From a virus (lineage: Duplodnaviria > Heunggongvirae > Uroviricota > Caudoviricetes), in the IMG/VR virus record IMGVR_UViG_3300002834_000024, positions 128,001-192,000 of that record: a stretch of DNA of 64,000 nt; one strand, given 5' to 3'. The notes beneath the pieces were generated by a model. The model was given only the letters and a program-made list of their open reading frames with translations, did not search any database and had not been told where the DNA came from. Shown here piece by piece: positions 28,075 to 38,411 of this stretch (positions are counted from its first letter, which is position 1; every line of letters begins with the position of its first letter). The translations under genes and the position numbers were made by a program.

Positions 28075-30084
28075 ATGGATAATGATGCAAAAAGAATTAG
28101 CGGATTAGCTCGTGGCTTTGAACAATATACAGAAGAATTAAGGTCATTCACAAGACTATTTTATCCAAATATTCTTGGTGATTTGAATGATGCCTCAATT
28201 GGGCAATGGCTTATAGACTTAAATGCTTCAATTGGTGATAACTTATCAAACTATATTGATAGAGCTTATCAAGAATCTCAAATAGACCAAGCAACAACAC
28301 GTAGGGGATTATTAGCAATTGCCCGAACTAGGGGGTTAAGAATACCTGGTAAAAAAGCAGCATTGGTTGAAGTAGAAATATCATGTGAAGTTCCAATGGA
28401 TACCAACCAAATGGCTGATGAAAGATATTATCCAATATTAAGAAAAGGGTGTCAGGCATCATCTGGTGGTCAAACATTTGAATTATTATATGATTGTGAT
28501 TTTCATCACCAATTTGATAGAAATGGAATTTCAAATAGAATTATATTACCACGTAGAGATTCTAACCAAACACTAATAGGTTATACAGTTAAAAAACGTG
28601 AAATTATGTCAGCATCAGTTACAAAGTTTTATAAAACAATAATTGATGATTCAATGATTATGCCGTTTATGGAAATAATTTTACCAGAAACTAATATATT
28701 AGACATTGATAGTATAATTTGTAAAGAAGGTACAGATTTCAATTATACGCCATACTTAGCAGATTTTTCAATAGAAGATGAATTTATAGATAGTGGTATA
28801 ACAGTAGATGGTTTACCAACATGGAGATTTTTTGAGGTTGAAAGTTTATTGGAAGATAAATTATTTTTGTCATCAACAATTACCGTCCCTACCTCGTCAT
28901 ATCCAACATTAAATGTGGTTACAGAACAAATTCAAGATTCTGTAACAATGGGTAACACTACATTTAATTATTTACAATCGGTTGTAAAAGGTGAATGGAA
29001 AACTGTTAAACAAAAATTTATTACTGAATACACTGATAAAGGATTTTTCAAAATTATATTTGGTGCTGGTTCTGATTATAATATACCAGTCAATCCAACA
29101 GCAGCTCAAAAACAGATTGCAAGAATTGTAAATAATATGAATATGGGTGTTTTACCAAAACCTGGTTGGACTATGTGGATACAATATAGAATCGGTGGCG
29201 GTCAAGCAGCAAATGTTGCATCGGGTACATTATCCTCATTTTCATACAAAGATTTTGTTATTGAGGGAGATGGAACAAACGATAGTAATGATGCGTTTAA
29301 AAGAAGTAATGTTTATAAAAGCATAACTTTAACAAATACAACTCCATCTATGGGTGGAAAAGAAGCACCCACAATGGAAGAAATACGTTATATGATAAAG
29401 TATAATAGTTTAGCACAAAATCGTTGTGTGACTATTAAAGATTATGTTGAACGTATTAATAAAATGCCTGGTATCTATGGAACACCATTTAGAACGGCTG
29501 TTGTTGAAAGAAATAATAAAATTTATGTTAGCGTAATGGGAATAGATTCCGATGGACATATAACAGAAAGTATTTCTACAACAATGATTGATAATATTAC
29601 CAATTATTTGAGTGAATATAAATTAATTACTGATTATGTTGTTGTAAAACCTGGTAGGGTTATCAATCTTCAAATTGAAGCGGATGTTATGATTAATAGG
29701 GGTTTTAATGATAATGATGTTGTTAAAGATATTATTAATACAATATCATCATTTTTTGATGTAAATAATCATAAAATGGGTGAAAATATATATGTATCAC
29801 AATTAATATCTGATATATTAGATATTGGTGGTGTTAGAAATTTAATTGATTTGAGGGTTTATAATATTTTTAATGGCGCATACAGTAAAAGTAAAATAAA
29901 TCAGTCAGTTGTAGCAGGATGGTTTGACGAAAATGGTATATGGCAACCATCTATTGAAGCAGGAACTAATAGAGTTCAAGTTAATTTATCTGATAATGAT
30001 AATATTTTGTTTTCAGATTCGGATTCAATGTTTGAAATAAAAAGTTTAAACAATGATATTAGAATTAAAGTAAAAAGAAGTTAA
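28075..30084 (+). CDS. Baseplate wedge subunit, gp6/P2 gpJ family
   Basis: IIFGAG, YRIGGGQAANV, GGKEAPTMEEIR, QNRCVTIKDY motifs; follows gp25. Confidence 0.9.
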   Translation: MDNDAKRISGLARGFEQYTEELRSFTRLFYPNILGDLNDASIGQWLIDLNASIGDNLSNYIDRAYQESQIDQATTRRGLLAIARTRGLRIPGKKAALVEVEISCEVPMDTNQMADERYYPILRKGCQASSGGQTFELLYDCDFHHQFDRNGISNRIILPRRDSNQTLIGYTVKKREIMSASVTKFYKTIIDDSMIMPFMEIILPETNILDIDSIICKEGTDFNYTPYLADFSIEDEFIDSGITVDGLPTWRFFEVESLLEDKLFLSSTITVPTSSYPTLNVVTEQIQDSVTMGNTTFNYLQSVVKGEWKTVKQKFITEYTDKGFFKIIFGAGSDYNIPVNPTAAQKQIARIVNNMNMGVLPKPGWTMWIQYRIGGGQAANVASGTLSSFSYKDFVIEGDGTNDSNDAFKRSNVYKSITLTNTTPSMGGKEAPTMEEIRYMIKYNSLAQNRCVTIKDYVERINKMPGIYGTPFRTAVVERNNKIYVSVMGIDSDGHITESISTTMIDNITNYLSEYKLITDYVVVKPGRVINLQIEADVMINRGFNDNDVVKDIINTISSFFDVNNHKMGENIYVSQLISDILDIGGVRNLIDLRVYNIFNGAYSKSKINQSVVAGWFDENGIWQPSIEAGTNRVQVNLSDNDNILFSDSDSMFEIKSLNNDIRIKVKRS

Positions 30085-30099
30085 TAAAAAATAAATGTT

Positions 30100-30507
30100 A
30101 TGAGTTGCAATTGCAAAAAGAAAGTCCAAAAAATAGTTGAATATGATAGAAAATTATCTGGTAAAGATGGTGATGTACAATATGAAACTATTATAGAAGA
30201 AAGTGAAGAAGTACATACTAATTGGTTTGAAAAGATAATTAATTCAATACTTGGATTATTGAAAACAATTCTTATTGTGGTTCTTGCATTAATTGCTCTA
30301 GTTTTTGTTATAATATCTATATTTGTATGGATTGTATGGAATAGTTTTACAAGATTTGTTCTTAAAAAAGAATCTAAATTAAATTCCCCATTTTATGAAT
30401 ATGATAAAATAAAGAAAAAAGTTAAAGAACATAATGAAAAGGTAAGACAATTCTTTGAATCAAAAAAAGAAATACCTGTTGATAAAACGATAACAATACA
30501 ACAATAA
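30100..30507 (+). CDS. Membrane protein with N-terminal CxC
   Basis: MSCNCKKK start; long hydrophobic stretch ILIVVLALIALVFVIISIFVWIVW. Confidence 0.7.
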   Translation: MSCNCKKKVQKIVEYDRKLSGKDGDVQYETIIEESEEVHTNWFEKIINSILGLLKTILIVVLALIALVFVIISIFVWIVWNSFTRFVLKKESKLNSPFYEYDKIKKKVKEHNEKVRQFFESKKEIPVDKTITIQQ

Positions 30508-30519
30508 ACATATATTACT

Positions 30520-33500
30520 GTGGATAAACAAAACAGAAGTTATAGAATAAAAACAGATGTAGTTCCTGGTCAAAATACAAAACTTAATGTCAAATTAGAC
30601 CAGAATTTTGATACATTTGATATATTATCCCTAAAAATAAACCAAGAAAATTTTTATAAATTTCACATGGCAAATTATGGTGTAGTAATTGGTCGTGTTG
30701 TTGGTAATGGTGGTATTGGTATTCCAAATGCTAAAATTTCTGTTTTTATAAAACGTACTGATGAAACAAAGGAAGATGTAATTAAAAACATATTATATCC
30801 ATATGATTCTCCTGCAACCAAAAATTTGGATGGTATTAAATATAACCTATTATTAAATCAACAATTAGATGATTGTTATAGGGTTGTTGGGACATTTCCC
30901 CCAAAAAGACGAATATTGGATAATGATGCTGTCTTAGAAGTGTATGATGAATATTACAAATATTCAACTGTATCTAATAATGCAGGTGATTATATGCTAT
31001 TTGGCTTACCTCTTGATGAAAATGCAATTCATATTGATTTAGACTTATCTGATTGTGGATTTTTATCTCAAAAGCCACGTGATATGTTTTATCGGGGTTA
31101 TAATATTGAACAATTTGATAGCCCAGTACAATTTAAAAAAGATACTAATTTAGATAATCTTGCACAAATTTTTAGACAAGATGGGGCAGCTTTTGTTTAT
31201 CCATTTTGGGGTGATCAAGAAGAAGGTGATATAGCAATTACAAGATATGATATTGATATTTCATATAAATTTGAATCAACTTGTATATTTCTAGGGTCTG
31301 CGATTACTGATGGTGAAAATGCGATTTTACACAAAACCTGTCAAGCACAAAAACAACTTGGCGAGATGTCAAATTTGACATCAAAACAAGGTAAAATTCA
31401 AATGATACGAAAAACATTTGATGGAATTATTGAACGATTTCAAATTAAGGGTGATGCTTTGATAGATGGAGATGGTGTGTGGGCATATCAAATTCCAATG
31501 AATTTAGATTATGTGGTTACAGACGAATATGGAAATATTGTACCAACTGATAACCCAAATAAAGGAATAGCAACAAGAGCCGAAGTAAGATTTAGATTTA
31601 TCCTTGAACAATCAGAAGGAACTATGAGAAGAAGGGCTAACTATCTTGTTCCAATGAATCCAAACATGGATTTAGATACTAATCCTGGTGTCTATAATAT
31701 GGATGAAGTTGATTATGAATTTGGTGAAAGTACAATGGATGAAAGTTTTGCAACATTGTTCTGGAATAAAGTTTATTCGGTCAAATCATATATACCAAGA
31801 ACTCAAATAGATCAAGGATATAAAAGTAGAAAATTTGTCGGGATTAAAAATATTTCAAATTTTGGTACAAATAATCCATTTCCATTTAATACATTGTTTA
31901 TTGATTTTACTTTTGTTTTTTCTCTTTTGTGCATTATAGCAAAAATGGTTATCCGAATTGTTGAAATGTTAAACAGTTTGGCAAAATCATTAGTTTGTAT
32001 GTCATGTTGGTGGGGTATTAAACTTTTTGGTAAAAAAATTGGTTTTGACCCATGTAAATTAATTGCAAAATTGTTTTGTGCAATGTACAAATTAATGGGC
32101 GGTTATATTTCATTGGGCGATGGTTGGTGTCCTTATTATGAAGTAATAGCAATACCTGGCGGGTGTGCTTGTACTGATGGAAGGAATAACTGTTTAATGG
32201 ATATATTACAAGAGAAGTATCCTGGTGAAAACTTAATGTGTAATGCAGAGGAATTATTAGATTGTGTAATTAGTGCATTAGCCGAACAATATGAAATCGT
32301 AAAATATGATTTTGGAAATGATTGGATAAATGGTGTAATGTATTTTCCAACATATTATTATAGAGAAGTACGAAAAGTTAGACGTAAATGGCTGGGGTTA
32401 TTTGGTCCAAAAAAAGTTTCATTTAAAAGAGAATTTTGTGGTATAATCAATGAAGATGAGAGAGCAGCATCACATAAAACATGGTTTAGACGTGGTGTAT
32501 CAACTAATGCTTTATATTATAATTGTTCTGTTGCTTATCAAACAGAGGATAATGAATCTTATGATTATAGTATGGATTTTGAGGCTAATAAAAAACCATC
32601 AAGTGTTATTGAAGATTTAAGTCCACAAGATATAGGAGAATTAGTATTTTCTGGTGGCACAAGTATTATTAAAAACATTTTTGATAAAAAGACTTGTAAA
32701 AAAGATCAGTGTTATAAACAAAAATCACGTGTTCAATTTGCTAATGGATTAGTAAACTTACATACAGATAAGTATGATGAAGATTGGTTTTATTATAGAC
32801 CATATGACAAGAAGAAAAAATTTAGATTATATACAACTGATATAATTTTACTTGGTTCACTTAATGATTGTGATATAGATGGTGTATTTCAATTACATAC
32901 ATATTTACCTTTAACTTCATACAACATGCCATCTATCTTAAAAGATATATATGTTGCCGAAGATGAAGATGAAAATACAACTGGAAAACGCCCAGAGGGC
33001 GGTGGGGGTGAAACTACTGCATCTGATAAAGATGAAGATATGGCAACTGAATTTAGTGGACCAATAATTGCTACTGGTGCAAATTGGGGAAAAGGTGCTG
33101 GTAGAAATAACACTACCGATCAAATACTTGGACAAAATAATTATAGTTACACCAGACGAAGTAGTGGATTATTTTTGGGTATTGATTGTATTGAATCAGC
33201 CACTACAAATAAAAGTTGTGTTAATGTTCAGCGTGTATGTGAAGTTGGTGTTGAATTAAATATTACCAGAGAAAAATATTTCACTTGTGATGATTTAATA
33301 AAACGTGGAAAAATTGAGGGTGAAGACCCATTACCAATTGCAGCTGATGGTTATATCAGTAAAGATGAATTGATAGATGGGTTAGAAATTAGACAAATGT
33401 TTGCAACACTAAATCATCATAGGTTAATTAATGATAATATTATTGAATATAAAGGGCATAAAACATATAAATTTGAATACCATTATCCAACAAATTTTGA

Positions 33501-36500
33501 TGGTAAGTTAGCTAACAATGATACATTTAATTATCCCAAAGTTACTTATAATGGTAAGATGCACGATTCAAGAGGATGTATTGGTTGTCCTAATCAAAGA
33601 GAAAAAGGAAATCCTGATCCTGATTTTAAAGATAGAATAAATTACAAAGATGAATGGTTTGATAAATATTATCATCAATTCAGGTTTGGTCATTCAAGGA
33701 TTGATCCAGAACATGATTATTATGATACTGAATGGTTAAGGGGGGCAAGACCTGTTAATTCATTTTATTTTTATTTTGGCGTTAAACCTGGTAAAACAGC
33801 AATTGAACAGTTTAGGCAAAAGTTTTGGGGGACATGTGTTAGGGATACAGGAAATGATTTGACAGCACAAGTTACTATTATTAATCATGCAAGTGTTTGT
33901 ACTTGTAATGATGACGATGCCCCAAAAGTTAAGTTTTTAGTCGAAATCAGAAATTTTAGTGGTTCGTATGATTTAGTAATGACTGATGAGTGGGGTAATG
34001 CAATTGAATTGGAAATCGGTCAAAAAGCACAAGAATTAGAAATTGATGAACCAGTTGATTTGACATTAGTCGAACTTTTATTTTCCGAAGAAGATGATAG
34101 TGATGTTCATTTCTACAATGAAATATTTAAAAAGGGGGGTAAATATAATTTAACTGTTACTGATGCAAGTGGGCAACAATTTACTACTGTTATTAATATT
34201 TTAATACAAAACATAATTGATTTTAATTCTGCAATGGCAGAAGAAATTACAGCAGGTTTATCAGATTCAGAATGTGATGGTAAAAAATGTCCAAAGGATG
34301 ATTGTACAAATGATTGTGATTGCGTTTGTTGTAATGATTATTTAAAGAAACCAGAAGATGATAATGTAAATGCTTTAAAAGCAAGAGTACAGTTAAAAGG
34401 TTTTGATAAAATTATAAAAAAGGGTTGTACATTATGTGATTATGAACTTGTAATAAGTAGATATAGAACTATTGGTTTAGCTTTAACCTTTAAAGTAACA
34501 GGTAATAAAACCAATGGTGTAACTGCACTTGAAATTAAAAAATATGATGATGGCGGTAGCGGATGGGAAGTTACTCCGCCACCAGGAACACCTGAATTAA
34601 CATATACAACAAGTAGTGGTTTAACTAAACATAATCCAATGGATTTTATACAAATACCAGGTGGTAATGGCGGTTTAATGAGAATTACAAAAGTTGATAC
34701 TAATGGGACTGTTAGTATGTCTCCATTGGGATTGGAAATTGTTGAACCTGGTACAGATTATAACAATTATGATAGTGTTACAGTAAATCAAGCCAGAGCA
34801 TTACTTAACAGAAAAATATATGATTTAGGTAGTGAAGCTTTTTGGTTTAATTGTGAACAAAAATCTTGTTCAGACTTTGAAAAAGATATGGATAGAGATT
34901 TTGGTATTGATTTATATATGTGTTCAGGTGAATATGAAATTACAATAAGAAATAAAGATAAAGAGGAAGGCTGTATTTTTGATTCTCATACCGAAACAAT
35001 ATCAGTAACCGAACATGAACCATTATGTTTAACAATGGATTCAGGTACAATTAAAGCCTGTAAAGTTGAAGAACGTGGAGAAGATAGGGAAGAAAAGGAT
35101 TGTTGGTGGTATTGGTTTTATTTGTGGTTAATAAATGATAATTACAAATATGAAATAGATGAAACTAAACCACCAGCTAATGGTTTACCTGATAATGTTC
35201 CATCACCATGTCCTGCTGACCCAAATAATAATGACAATTGGAAAAATGCACCTGAAGAACAGGGTATCATGTTTTGGTATTCTGACAATCTAATGGTTAA
35301 TACTGATGAACTTAGTGTTAGACAATGGAAAGATAAATTAAGGGCTACATTTATTGCACAATGTGATGATAATATGGGAATAACATTAGGTGGAACTGGT
35401 TTTGCACCACCTTATGTAACATTATTATTTGGTGCAAATTATCCAGCAAAAGGAGGACCAGATCCAAGCGACCAAGATTGGTGTGAAGATTGTAATCCAG
35501 GAACTGGCGCTGATGCTAATGACAGTGCAAGTAAATTTAAAAGCATATTAATAGATGCCTCAAATCCAAATAATGAAATGCTTGGGGAATTGGATTGTTC
35601 TAAAATAATTACACTTGGTTGTCAATATAACATACCATATAAAACATCAAAAACATCATTTTCTGGTAATGTTACAAAATTAAAATCTATATGTGAAACT
35701 GTTAATCCTGGCGAACAATTAGTTCCTGATGGTGTTGCATTAACTATAAGTCGAATACCAAAAGAACATCCTTGTGGTGTATGGAAAAATTATGAGGCTG
35801 GTGGATATTATGCTGGTGTTATGGGATTAGCTGGTTTTGGTACTGGTTGGCCAGGTGGTCTTGGTGGCATAATGAAAAAAATTCGTTCAGAAAATGGACA
35901 AACTGCTTGTGAACCAGTTGATCCAAGTATGGTAATTAAGTTTGAACAGGTATGGGATAAATTAGAAAGTATGGGATTTCCGACTGCTGCAAATGATAAT
36001 TTATTTTATTTTCATATTATTGACAAAAGATTAAAAATCTTAAAAGATTATGCAAGAGTTGCAGCATTTAAGGCTGATTATGCACAACCAGAAAAGAAAG
36101 ACCAAGATGTGACAGAATGTCATGTTCGGAACATAAATGGATTTTTTGATATATATTATCAAAACGGTCCAAACATTGATTTAAGACAAGATAAAGAGGG
36201 TACTGATTATGAATTTGTGGTTAGTGGGGTAGATGATTTTGGAATAGATCAAGACTATCATTTATCAACAACTGACAAAACATTACCTGGTGTTAGACAT
36301 ATATATTCAACTGATAACAGCAAGATTGAAGCCGAAGAATATACAATAACATTGGAACATTATCAAATTGAATATAATGCTGATGGAACAGTTTCTGGTT
36401 CAACATTAATTTGTACAGAAGAAGTTGATTACCCATTTGGTACAGCTCTTAATTATGGTTATATAACAGTTGAACCAAAAGTACAATGTCCAATAGGTGA

Positions 36501-38409
36501 AGCTGATGTAAATAATCCACATCCGCCTGTAAAAGTGGCAAACAGTTATTGTTATAATTTAATAGTAGATGGTACACCTTATGCAAATATTGGATTAGGT
36601 TGTTTTGATTTCTTTAAAATACGGTATAAATCTGAAGAACCAGCTTTTGGTTGGGGAGCTAAAATTAGTTTCTTTTCCAGTTTTATGAATGGTCATTCAG
36701 TACAAGGTTGGAATCTCGTAAATAGGGGCGGTGCATATCAAAAAGACCAAGTAATTTATGCTTATCCGTCAGAACCAGGTGGTAGTCCTGCATCTTTTAG
36801 AATTACTGATGTTGATCCAAATACAGGGGCGATAACAGGTATAACAATGATGTCACCAGGTGCTGGGTTTAAATGCCCAAATCCAACAGGTGGATTTTTA
36901 CAAATGTGTGTATTTACAAGTATTTCATTATATCCACCACCTGTACCAATTGAAGATAATATACCCGAAAATATATTATATTTTCCATATCCTGATTATT
37001 GGGGTGGTGATATGGGGCATTTTAACAGACCGTTATTTACCTATGATGTTATTAATGATTTACATTTAGATGAGCCAGGTCCAGCACCAAATCAAGACCT
37101 TGATATTGAAACTTGTTCTCCAATTGCTGAATGGAATAGTAAATATATAAAACCTGATTTATTAGAGGCTGAAAATGATCCTAAATGGAATGTTCAATCA
37201 ACCTTAACTGAAATTGCGCCATGGGTTAGAGTTGGTAACGAATGGCAGGAATACATTGATCCAATCACAGGTCAAAATTATAATAAATTTATGTGTGGTG
37301 GATTGCCTGCTGATGGAAGTGCCATGATTACAGATGAAACAGATGAAATTTATTTTACGATTGTACATGATAAATTTACAAATGTAAGAGCATTTTCACA
37401 ACCATTAGATTTTGGTAATTATTTAAGGGTATGTATGATAGAGTGTGATCCAGAGCCATTTGATAATTTAAAAAACTATCAAGGTGATGATACATTTGGA
37501 GGTTCGACTGCAAATACTACTAATGAGGTGACAAAGGCTGCTGGTGCATGTATGTTAAATATGTATTTAGAGGTTGTTGGTAGAAACGCATATCGTTGTT
37601 ATGGTTACACATGGACTATTCAACAGGGAAACTATGAATACAGGGAAGATAAACCAAAAGCTAATGAATTAGGTTGGGAAAATTATTATTGTAAAGATAA
37701 TAATGTTTTATTTGTTAATGACAAATATGAAAACAGTCAAAATTGTTGGATAAAATTTATTCCAACATCTGACCCATACATATATGATAGTGTTAAAATG
37801 AGAGCAAAAGAAGGTCTTGATCCACAAATATATTCTAATGAAAACAATGGTGTATTAGAAGCACCACTCATTGAAATGGATGTTAAGGATAGGGATAAAA
37901 TTGTTCGTATTTCTATGGTGGATGTAACTGGTACAGAATTTTATATGTACACAAGTGTATTTAGATGGATTGATACATGTCCATATGTTACATATTGTAT
38001 TTACGATTGTAATGAAAGAGATTTTTCATTAGATAATAATGATTGGGGAATAGTTGTAGATTTTGAAATATTTGATAGTACTGGAAGTTGGTTATTTAGA
38101 GATGTAACTAATAACTATTATGCACCTAATAATGGGGCTGGATATAATCAATCTACAAATCAGACAAATAATTTGCCAGATTTTCCACGATATGGCACAA
38201 TTAGTAAATCACCAACTGGGGGTACTCCGATTTTACAACAAGGTAAAAATTGGATAAAAGTTAATCAACCTTTGTCAGATGGTACAATACTTGAAAAGGA
38301 TTACAGAGGCAAACTATTCTTTGGATATGGTGGTGTCTTTGTTGAATTAGATGAAGTAGTTGTAAGTAATTGCAACTTTATATATAAAGCACAAATTAAT
38401 TTAGGATAA
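30520..38409 (+). CDS. Very large Cys-rich virion/baseplate-associated protein (2629 aa)
   Basis: GTG start; N-terminal prealbumin-like segment GRVVGNGGIGIPNAKISVF; hydrophobic segment near aa 460-530; many Cys clusters; lies after gp6. Confidence 0.7.
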   Translation: MDKQNRSYRIKTDVVPGQNTKLNVKLDQNFDTFDILSLKINQENFYKFHMANYGVVIGRVVGNGGIGIPNAKISVFIKRTDETKEDVIKNILYPYDSPATKNLDGIKYNLLLNQQLDDCYRVVGTFPPKRRILDNDAVLEVYDEYYKYSTVSNNAGDYMLFGLPLDENAIHIDLDLSDCGFLSQKPRDMFYRGYNIEQFDSPVQFKKDTNLDNLAQIFRQDGAAFVYPFWGDQEEGDIAITRYDIDISYKFESTCIFLGSAITDGENAILHKTCQAQKQLGEMSNLTSKQGKIQMIRKTFDGIIERFQIKGDALIDGDGVWAYQIPMNLDYVVTDEYGNIVPTDNPNKGIATRAEVRFRFILEQSEGTMRRRANYLVPMNPNMDLDTNPGVYNMDEVDYEFGESTMDESFATLFWNKVYSVKSYIPRTQIDQGYKSRKFVGIKNISNFGTNNPFPFNTLFIDFTFVFSLLCIIAKMVIRIVEMLNSLAKSLVCMSCWWGIKLFGKKIGFDPCKLIAKLFCAMYKLMGGYISLGDGWCPYYEVIAIPGGCACTDGRNNCLMDILQEKYPGENLMCNAEELLDCVISALAEQYEIVKYDFGNDWINGVMYFPTYYYREVRKVRRKWLGLFGPKKVSFKREFCGIINEDERAASHKTWFRRGVSTNALYYNCSVAYQTEDNESYDYSMDFEANKKPSSVIEDLSPQDIGELVFSGGTSIIKNIFDKKTCKKDQCYKQKSRVQFANGLVNLHTDKYDEDWFYYRPYDKKKKFRLYTTDIILLGSLNDCDIDGVFQLHTYLPLTSYNMPSILKDIYVAEDEDENTTGKRPEGGGGETTASDKDEDMATEFSGPIIATGANWGKGAGRNNTTDQILGQNNYSYTRRSSGLFLGIDCIESATTNKSCVNVQRVCEVGVELNITREKYFTCDDLIKRGKIEGEDPLPIAADGYISKDELIDGLEIRQMFATLNHHRLINDNIIEYKGHKTYKFEYHYPTNFDGKLANNDTFNYPKVTYNGKMHDSRGCIGCPNQREKGNPDPDFKDRINYKDEWFDKYYHQFRFGHSRIDPEHDYYDTEWLRGARPVNSFYFYFGVKPGKTAIEQFRQKFWGTCVRDTGNDLTAQVTIINHASVCTCNDDDAPKVKFLVEIRNFSGSYDLVMTDEWGNAIELEIGQKAQELEIDEPVDLTLVELLFSEEDDSDVHFYNEIFKKGGKYNLTVTDASGQQFTTVINILIQNIIDFNSAMAEEITAGLSDSECDGKKCPKDDCTNDCDCVCCNDYLKKPEDDNVNALKARVQLKGFDKIIKKGCTLCDYELVISRYRTIGLALTFKVTGNKTNGVTALEIKKYDDGGSGWEVTPPPGTPELTYTTSSGLTKHNPMDFIQIPGGNGGLMRITKVDTNGTVSMSPLGLEIVEPGTDYNNYDSVTVNQARALLNRKIYDLGSEAFWFNCEQKSCSDFEKDMDRDFGIDLYMCSGEYEITIRNKDKEEGCIFDSHTETISVTEHEPLCLTMDSGTIKACKVEERGEDREEKDCWWYWFYLWLINDNYKYEIDETKPPANGLPDNVPSPCPADPNNNDNWKNAPEEQGIMFWYSDNLMVNTDELSVRQWKDKLRATFIAQCDDNMGITLGGTGFAPPYVTLLFGANYPAKGGPDPSDQDWCEDCNPGTGADANDSASKFKSILIDASNPNNEMLGELDCSKIITLGCQYNIPYKTSKTSFSGNVTKLKSICETVNPGEQLVPDGVALTISRIPKEHPCGVWKNYEAGGYYAGVMGLAGFGTGWPGGLGGIMKKIRSENGQTACEPVDPSMVIKFEQVWDKLESMGFPTAANDNLFYFHIIDKRLKILKDYARVAAFKADYAQPEKKDQDVTECHVRNINGFFDIYYQNGPNIDLRQDKEGTDYEFVVSGVDDFGIDQDYHLSTTDKTLPGVRHIYSTDNSKIEAEEYTITLEHYQIEYNADGTVSGSTLICTEEVDYPFGTALNYGYITVEPKVQCPIGEADVNNPHPPVKVANSYCYNLIVDGTPYANIGLGCFDFFKIRYKSEEPAFGWGAKISFFSSFMNGHSVQGWNLVNRGGAYQKDQVIYAYPSEPGGSPASFRITDVDPNTGAITGITMMSPGAGFKCPNPTGGFLQMCVFTSISLYPPPVPIEDNIPENILYFPYPDYWGGDMGHFNRPLFTYDVINDLHLDEPGPAPNQDLDIETCSPIAEWNSKYIKPDLLEAENDPKWNVQSTLTEIAPWVRVGNEWQEYIDPITGQNYNKFMCGGLPADGSAMITDETDEIYFTIVHDKFTNVRAFSQPLDFGNYLRVCMIECDPEPFDNLKNYQGDDTFGGSTANTTNEVTKAAGACMLNMYLEVVGRNAYRCYGYTWTIQQGNYEYREDKPKANELGWENYYCKDNNVLFVNDKYENSQNCWIKFIPTSDPYIYDSVKMRAKEGLDPQIYSNENNGVLEAPLIEMDVKDRDKIVRISMVDVTGTEFYMYTSVFRWIDTCPYVTYCIYDCNERDFSLDNNDWGIVVDFEIFDSTGSWLFRDVTNNYYAPNNGAGYNQSTNQTNNLPDFPRYGTISKSPTGGTPILQQGKNWIKVNQPLSDGTILEKDYRGKLFFGYGGVFVELDEVVVSNCNFIYKAQINLG

Positions 38410-38411
38410 TC

